Positions 62,001-64,000 of a DNA stretch of 64,000 nt are shown here, piece by piece (position 1 is the first letter of the stretch; every line of letters begins with the position of its first letter). The translations under genes and the position numbers were made by a program. The notes beneath the pieces are model-generated. The model ran no database searches and was not told the DNA's origin. It saw nothing but the letters and a program-made list of their open reading frames with translations. This DNA comes from Candidatus Woesearchaeota archaeon (GTDB taxonomy: Archaea > Nanobdellota > Nanobdellia > Woesearchaeales > JACJVW01), in the NCBI GenBank assembly GCA_020637435.1, contig JACJVW010000001.1, positions 433,060 to 497,059 on the forward strand. Reading direction: 5' to 3'.

Positions 62001-64000
62001 CTTCGACCGCGAAGAGAACGGTATTAAACCGGTCACATATCTTAGCTACAATGAACCTGAAGAGTTCTACATAGTGTCCAACGACAATGGAAATGTCTAC
62101 CAGCTCCTTCACAACGGAGGTACGAGCTTCGATAGTCCGGTCATCGTCATCGACCTTCCGGGAACTGCAGATGAATCTGCACGAGGTGTAGGCGTTGCCG
62201 ACTTTGATCATGACGGAGACTATGACATAGTTATAGGTGGAGACAATGCGGGAAGTTACGCTCAATTTTATCTCTACAGGAACAATGGAGATGGTTCTTT
62301 CACGCCAATCTGGACTTCAGCCCCAGAGTTCGTCAATGCATTGATAACTCCTATAGGCGTAGGTGACTTCGATGGAGATGGTTACTTCGATTTCTCCGTG
62401 GGAGGAAATAATGATAATCTCCTCGTCTATTTCAACGAGAATGGTACAACCTTCACAAGGACGAAAATTGGAACATCCAACGTGGACCCCAACACTAGAG
62501 GCAAAGACGCTGGCGACATTGATGGTGACGGATTCGACGACCTTATATATGTGGAAAACTCTGACAATGTCTATATCTACTTCTCCAATCAGGACAGAAC
62601 TTTCAGCAGGTCTGCCCTTGACGCTGACGCGATACCGGCCGACCCCTACTGCATAGCGGTAGCGGATTACGACAACGATAACCTTCTCGATATTCTCATC
62701 TCAGGAAACAATGGTGACATATACTGGTACAGAGGTAACCTTACAGGGTCGCTTGGCTACTTTGACAATGATGTGTACACCGGTACTGATGTCAATAATT
62801 ACCAGGGTTGCGACAACTATGACTTCGATGATGATGGCAATATGGACTTCATCATGTCCAGATGGAACAGCGATGAAACATGGTACTATAGGGGAGACGG
62901 AAACGGCGGATTTACAGGTACAATGCTTGGTGACAGTTCTGATGGCATAAATGACGCTATGGGTGCGGCAGCTCCGGACAGGCACGAAGGAAGCATGACC
63001 CTTGCGTCACCAGAAGAGAAGTTCTCATCTACTACTGCATCAAAAGCGCAAGATATCATAGACACACGGTCTAATCTGTATGTCTACATGAGCGTCCAGA
63101 GATGGAATTCATCAGATTCGATATGGGAGAATACGACCTCCATCGTCAACAGCACCTACAACACGATATTCGCAGGAAGCCTTCTCGACCTCAGTTCACT
63201 CTGGCAGGCAGCAGGAGCATGGAATACAACGAGCAGTCCGGAAGGATGGTACCGAGCCTATGTAGCGCTACGTGATCCAGGAAACAAGACCCTTCTCAAC
63301 TATGATGGTAAAGCTCTAAACGCTTCTTACAACTTCAGCATCTCTACTGATAACGTAGGTCCTTCGTACACGAACTTCCTGGCATTCCCCGACCCTGCAG
63401 GTTATACAAACAATATCACAGTCCGGATAGACGCTCAGGATGAGACAGGTATCGGTTCTCTATGGGCAAACATAACCTTCCCCAATGGCACCGTATTGAC
63501 CAAAAATATGACACCGGTAACTGCCGCAAGGTACACAACCTGGTTCAACCAGACCTGGCGATATGGAAGCTACAAGATAGAAGTGTTCGGAAATGATTCC
63601 AATGGCTTCCAGAGCAACACATCCAAGATTATTGTTGTAGCAGCAAATGCGACTTTCTCCACCTTGCTCAACAAACAGCTCTTCTATCCCAACGAGTCCG
63701 TAGTCTTAAGCGGCACCTTGAACAATGGTCAGTATGCTAACTTCACCTATTATCTCAAGATGGGTATTGAGTACTACAATACGACCGACTGGGTCTTGAT
63801 TGATATGGTTGTCAATGAGACCACACCAAGGAAATTAAACGTCACCAAGACCCTGAATCTGGGAGCCGTCTGGAACGCGGCCGGAGCATGGAACACTTCC
63901 CTCAATAAATCGGGCACCTACAGACTTTTCACCAGATTGACAGATGGTGCACAGTATAATGGTACCGAACTTTACCTCCAGCAGATAAACACAACTCAGA
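47008..64000 (+). CDS. Second giant secreted surface protein, more than 5660 aa, open at the window end. It has a signal peptide, an internal module homologous to the giant-1 N-terminus, Ig-like domains, and 5 or more mega-repeats of about 690 aa each (Ig-like 'NITYPNGT', DUF2341 'WWNxSWxYR', ConA-like, FG-GAP beta-propeller)
   Basis: Read through by hand in frame 1 from the ATG at 47008 to position 63999 without a stop, and absent from the ORF track, which lists only closed ORFs. The signal peptide is MRKRGNNKTLTVILLALLLTIFTISAAP. DUF2341-like motifs include WLYRLPLAV...DIRFGTDN...YMYYGNP, ITSPYQWWNTSWRYR, LTSSFSWWNQTWHYR, LTSPFSWWNSTWTYR and LTSPFVWWNTSWNYR. Many FG-GAP repeats are present (VADFDNDGDFDILVG, VGDFNEDGLQDFAY, VADFDNDGHDDIVAG and others). 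Confidence 0.85.
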   Translation, partial: MRKRGNNKTLTVILLALLLTIFTISAAPNIDIRIDMATENRSVGDTVQIGISTYINNVIVLSLPAKVFISGPEGSSELATSDTFRGLRIGNFTPTRAGTYTITAQVIINGQPYEQSDEVEVAQPPYAFTTEYLVNGTLLQAHITQPADRTVRINLIRESQIIPLCEAECAADCTFSCPLPELDSAIIHLQTQIDAEPYLYSTTDIVTAAMKSIECEFVAPKYGLYTTIQLPQEDLLEAYITGDRTEQITDGTFTTDAPGAYTLMMLYLQDNTTVSCSKDFTVSADGDEARLNLIDDYFDPIYAKTYTLYNIEKEGHANICDEAWYIDDTTVQTISFPANLSRGQLLCKSAPANMSKADAETYVTFLRSGAATFFNVGFSSFESYAYILKDSVAKEILGPYNKTIHTQNFTTIIGPPALYAVVHKNMAESETDLSVGPVLVIPMEENASISYINGTTLFIREKTALQREDIFQSQGVRFVQELQLKPREDTITETDKQILSDAQTIELISPELKKIHLPAGIIPKETPHGMYMLHEIFYGNASRVSRITIIGTEANLSISEGKQKNATKGDTVRFVHTIVNSIRDGSAIIEVQIGDTAAQVSVNVIEGSIEVPITDTNNNGIPDLGIMLPGEDKEILITAIVPKNASAGNHTIPITVQDLQRSIGNTVYDLIHVEADLFEPVYSNDLDLYAIEEHEGQLQILIQNNFMDEKEAQLTLHIGNNSIVENIIVPKDSTFMFTYPVEDLSSNEKIEAVLTAFGESNKNNNQRTFLRAQRWTEDRSYRKTLYLTEKEHQDHEQYRFRASAARDGMDLSSIRLTYATDTTEGIGYAYPLFSITAYDEKQVDLIIELSMLPKNTVVPLYIYYDKSEASIPPNTSAHLPEIIIDNTNRTVQMNGRWGSDYVSREYYGSGYLHDFARGKGEKSVIYGLQVPKSDYEVYMTYPTDPTFSKHVPVSITGTEGTQTIYIDQDRRPQDWTYLGVYALDSNSQITISNAKTEGLVVADAFRLVQVGSYERFSDEEKWFIPVQKKTEYISIFENSTLKINTTDMTNITVTTSMQTNYTLEENSVLLAPISDLTVMVRGKVCKVSCSYKENTYVIEVIRKQSLLLKPFPSVKKGQDETEVLNLSAYLRPTTRLQITNSTINASLKEKVLHLGPSPAGVHRIILIATDTNVTEQLPALLVQVAPKDTEQTIQGHAEIGHPVQWKKIVINDTTQLPVDAANIRVNNGSSYSFRVDERIIDAQEMEKAKEDREILKKLKAFEEEKQNSNFIRAMSISVQSLAAQTQVQTDIDLTKVQNTTLVMEENATSYIIEYTTPAPDIAIRSESEKDFTKKKDIVVFSNVTFHYYNVTSYTDVDESLPEQLHLYWHRQEGSVDIIHDPRLKELLDVQLIDTNANGLIDKVQWLTPQLSEQNFSLEIDLTILNLQSYPTLYKNWTVLFNTTGTANLTIYTLNTSWSEFYNDLSSTHDDLTFLDVRCGATSRYDEIILLLENGSQKSITTVAPTDQFVVDGLRVADWNCSQTARWDNQIITTGVHIQRFEFGNDILYARNYGFLLFETFESYANNTNATDWIDYTDDSPVTQGETALTYDNGTTTSIVIAAAAEEFTEYNGTGALAWHSYEVKGELWIEGNTSGNYEINIYAYSDFNAPVSRDYYSLEFIPSYTGGFRLNGDSNTFVINNPTINTSVTPQFNVTYSFRFLVMNNGANRDLYAMMWKSNETEPSSWQAQARDVLAANSAGTIAFSVANAKVHFDNIIVQNATSIPQITIISPPYGPHDVIDNLYFNVSVDKDAANCNVTINTTSYNMSQWNTTHWYMNVTLGVYGTLPVTFYCEDDFGNSGNKSTTIRLGTSAITILAPLNETTTDYTPLLNVTLNDTYDVWYSLDYGANSSIIPSVDNFTTILGPLNQSQHLIYVYINDSGVIDYTYVYFSIDVPVPNATMTLYDEGINPSAADDPLVDIKLQSIYAYTYRYSCNTTAWTEWRTWTGNGCSGTCDWYVNFNLTNASLGCNVSDGPKWVYAEVRNYFNETGYANDSINIDLSPPRINLTTPLNYSLATTQKVTFGVNASDHYSSVQYCQLYVNGSICGGLISPIVDDVIKNVTKNITTDCNFVGTGEYVWRMYCRDDTNSHWSNYSEYRTLFVDVDGPVINASLSTNKIGFNQSILINATITEQYSNISNVSANITYPNGTSRLFAMSNTSSTDYYYYFTDTWGGGLYQVRVRANDTAGWKTTSSVKRFNVSVNASVYIRTELGIYAPGMQVNLTQRMPGWIDENWLYRLPLAVTEESGTDLIQHQIRITLNTSALITEGKMNADCSDIRFGTDNASSLYFWLESGCNTDYTTYWVKMDELDALDTKALYMYYGNPTATNASNGTRVFQWFDDMETFTGWVAEGTGSVAQSTANVYERAYAQIKQTNCDPAGGSKNLGFTLNRTNWLVEFHRYRGSGDIASCTVDRTGVETAADNGYSGAFQHGGGSDIWVDRRTGGGATVLDSSSIIDILDTWHISQLLLTDDEIRHVILDTNYTIVEQTQAIDTTYTTFDQVAIRGGRPYYIDMIKIRKYASAEPTFTIGSEQGVFENRSQVSGSDNFTAYYYLSVYNESGGSFLLDKHVVEFLANTTEPLLLLNPMWLGYGAWNTGAYYDGVYQARATLTDPNNNTLINEDGELLESRFNFTIDRYPDILGAGITPTFNGWGESFTLQANVTYPLPINRVWANITWANGSVQVVNLPLAEDITYEATLTDIWDTGLHSILFASNNSAGYTSTEGPYGFSINGNSSITLATVKDLYYPNKVIEITSPYQWWNTSWRYRVIINLDQKGYDRDDIWMRHNINISDILASSGVSGTLDYNSLRLVEYTAQGGAATYNGTLTDDTKYLVPFEVDQLKDYDSLYNAKIHLEWIANGTTESAISRQWALYFEIDESNTGVFYSIERPTEFIGYPGTTSEHLFAEVYGDGTFGAETLIVDLLGDNQMYGSDPVADFDNDGDFDILVGYSEDTGPIFDYRLYEQIFDSPLTFISQGVIFDGLNNQYFEDSVTGDWNDDGWMDTILATDTNRLYVLLNNKTGGFELGPALFGDPNTRGKDVGDFNEDGLQDFAYMESAGILYIYFSNGDGTFRIYQEGFSKSAQAWSNCLAVADFDNDGHDDIVAGDNNEIYFLQGNGLGNFTSLGNVLNMGATNYVSCDNIDADRDGNQDLVFSLYGEQQQDYYKGYGNETFTYFSTFGNQQSMGIEAPAYLPTVISHSSRAEKYANSTTQSRILNTGAAPFKGYLFTQIRFWNSSDVVWEPIATIINESNASTAREVGRASALNIKDAFDSYSRWNVSSNKLGQYQVVVEFRHLNGSIHVMDDGTMLNMTYNFSVELDTLGPDIQELRKNPSTTGFGQEVIIEAVLEDEGNGVDSAWMNITRPDNVSAMFNLTQISTSLWRYTYNDTWIWGNYSIQFYTNDTGGYNSSLNSSFFVRGSVLMNATTEQLIYNPNQTVRLTSSFSWWNQTWHYRVPLIMESADFNRYKSIVGGYLNFTEKLAELDCGATACSGEFINSSLRVIEYGTDGQPIIYNSSKTGQEAYTIPFLFDYEAGYQRITNAYADIRFNAPGLTDRDEERYFMIYFDILEFGSKAISQRTDTLMPSDGSIFSFIAVSDDDNDVYVIENYQNGTWGIIDDIGEPSGTNNRRAIIQGDFDNDGDEDIILGVPQNGFEVYFYNHTTPGTFVNEGVIANITDGSSAISMGGAVGDFNGDGNLDFAMSPNDIYFDVFFGDGKAQFILDATYNICGANDARGQDAADVDLDGDIDIIAACTGNPDLYILTNDGTGTFLATSLTVTNVLNDPYGLAVADFDNDTLPDIVASYGDTDTMYFYKGNGDGTFNNGGALSITTQGSFYPGLDAFDFDNDGLQDLVAAGRFPNNIYYFKGDGDGTFTYIKSIGTTSDDTYTVSAPMGTIPSSFRTLTTEETTNVTTLSSIVNEGSTDLGGYLWVGIDYHNGSEWSLNDTIINDLSMYNMTTIAPGGLLLIKDRVEKAGNWFTNSSTYGWYRYRIELRDIYDNLIIGDNGSVWSTTAQIALNTTANFSLEPDLDGPDILSFAVSPNTTGYGDTVTISAFLSDPSGVNNATVNLTYPNGTVKTLQLINISSYQWQYVFNDTWKRGTHNFSLIAEDIYTNINTQNTSLDILSNLSIEIATLQDTYLPDQLVTLTSPFSWWNSTWTYRKQVTMTAQSYPRHNAYIKQIVNLTYELEQLGVTGTFENQSIRIVEYNAVTGEPKIFNGSASEKYIVPYKLTLNSTHDSISNAVVALEWNANATTEANQQRTYFIYYDIQENSQKPATTYLSTVYNSPCTEDYVITGDVNGDLYYLRSYRNGTFGPQSWVGDDDSNNWGIGIADFDNDGDCDFVTGGNDGFIDYYEKTGSGNSFSATTNLHFFNDGGYGMDIAVADYDNDGNYDFVISGNNNVFTVFLGDGDGTFTSSTFTGYVEEGRGKDAGDMNRDGFMDFVAGYDLGMIFVYYGNGDGTFNESDINWDIGNTAYGISVADLDKDGNLDICAAQSNGQIRCRFGDGQGNFGNEIITGADPGDYAPMDAWDINLDGYIDIVANFYSSEQVFVYFGNGTGYLTASAYNPVGTAIGTNRMGIAGPLIKDPESTVTYQSELNAESPLKSRVLNTGSTSSGSYTFITIEYFNTTTGTWNHTAHIVNDLQSYSMNNPLGIGGLLNLQAEFATAGAWNTSSYTNGTYRVHAELRNLYNETLHNDDGSAVNITYNFTLKYDTDPPAVEYLNINPAETGFGSDVIVTIDLDDETGVHNVSANITYPNGTQFRGDFAKRTTKRWSFTASDHWIVGTYNVSINYNDTLGFANQTNTSYLINTSINLTIATERNTYFGNESVTLTSPFVWWNTSWNYRNTFTVDPSPAVRHDVYVQKMFNFTDLLTQLGGNGIFDLNSIRIVQYNSDGTPKVFNASRSGDDRYNIPVSFAQASGFHTQTNAYGKVEFIINGTLTANTQKTYAIYFDREENGIKPVTYLSYNEPEEFYIVSNDNGNVYQLLHNGGTSFDSPVIVIDLPGTADESARGVGVADFDHDGDYDIVIGGDNAGSYAQFYLYRNNGDGSFTPIWTSAPEFVNALITPIGVGDFDGDGYFDFSVGGNNDNLLVYFNENGTTFTRTKIGTSNVDPNTRGKDAGDIDGDGFDDLIYVENSDNVYIYFSNQDRTFSRSALDADAIPADPYCIAVADYDNDNLLDILISGNNGDIYWYRGNLTGSLGYFDNDVYTGTDVNNYQGCDNYDFDDDGNMDFIMSRWNSDETWYYRGDGNGGFTGTMLGDSSDGINDAMGAAAPDRHEGSMTLASPEEKFSSTTASKAQDIIDTRSNLYVYMSVQRWNSSDSIWENTTSIVNSTYNTIFAGSLLDLSSLWQAAGAWNTTSSPEGWYRAYVALRDPGNKTLLNYDGKALNASYNFSISTDNVGPSYTNFLAFPDPAGYTNNITVRIDAQDETGIGSLWANITFPNGTVLTKNMTPVTAARYTTWFNQTWRYGSYKIEVFGNDSNGFQSNTSKIIVVAANATFSTLLNKQLFYPNESVVLSGTLNNGQYANFTYYLKMGIEYYNTTDWVLIDMVVNETTPRKLNVTKTLNLGAVWNAAGAWNTSLNKSGTYRLFTRLTDGAQYNGTELYLQQINTTQ

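Noticed and set aside
1-64000. CRISPR array, rRNA genes, transposases or IS elements
   Set aside because: No spaced direct-repeat array, no rRNA-like conserved stretches and no DDE or HUH transposase motifs were seen. The only recombinase-like gene (46451-47008) lacks flanking inverted repeats that I could identify.
47008-64000. Possibility that the second giant ORF is an artefact of the track (not listed there)
   Set aside because: Hand translation in frame 1 from the ATG at 47008 runs to position 63999 without a stop. The track evidently lists only stop-terminated ORFs, and all listed overlapping ORFs are in other frames.
1-64000. Bacterial origin of the contig (because of glgC, relA/spoT, parA, abrB-like genes)
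   Set aside because: The co-linear presence of topo VI A/B, aIF5A, L40e, L44e, PAN, a class III-signal archaellin, aDim2, an intron-containing tRNA and TATA/BRE promoters makes an archaeal chromosome far more likely. The bacterial-type genes are better explained by HGT.

Overview
The window reads as archaeal and gene-dense, about 45% GC by eye, most plausibly from a small-genome DPANN-type archaeon. It is dominated by two giant paralogous secreted surface proteins. The archaeal assignment rests on topoisomerase VI A and B, aIF5A carrying the hypusine-loop motif, ribosomal proteins L40e and L44e, a PAN proteasome ATPase, an archaellin with a class III signal peptide, an aDim2 KH protein, an intron-containing tRNA, and TATA boxes 25-35 nt upstream of start codons. 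One complete giant ORF (8752..23988, 5078 aa) and a second giant ORF (47008 to the window end, more than 5660 aa, with no stop before the end) bracket a housekeeping island (aDim2, top6B/A, aIF5A, L40e, GlyRS, proB-like kinase, pyrG, mdh, aminotransferase, L44e, PAN, archaellin). Each giant gene is translationally coupled to a small upstream gene of DNA-binding type: an AbrB/SpoVT-like gene, and a catalytic-domain-only tyrosine-recombinase-like gene. The giant proteins carry long tandem domain arrays: Cys-containing ~215-aa repeats, a LamG/ConA-like region, a CBM-like region, a cadherin-like region, MopE-type Cys motifs, and DUF2341 plus FG-GAP beta-propeller mega-repeats. They are saturated with N-x-S/T sequons. 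Giant 1 ends in a transmembrane helix followed by a cytoplasmic tail of seven novel ~45-aa G-W-P repeats. Other notable items are a doubly-intron tRNA-Arg(TCT) followed by a long hairpin, a bacterial-type long RelA/SpoT next to glgC, a cluster of TCAGAAAT motifs upstream of the abrB and giant-1 operon, and exact 12-nt direct repeats flanking the archaellin cassette. No CRISPR array, rRNA or obvious transposase was seen.
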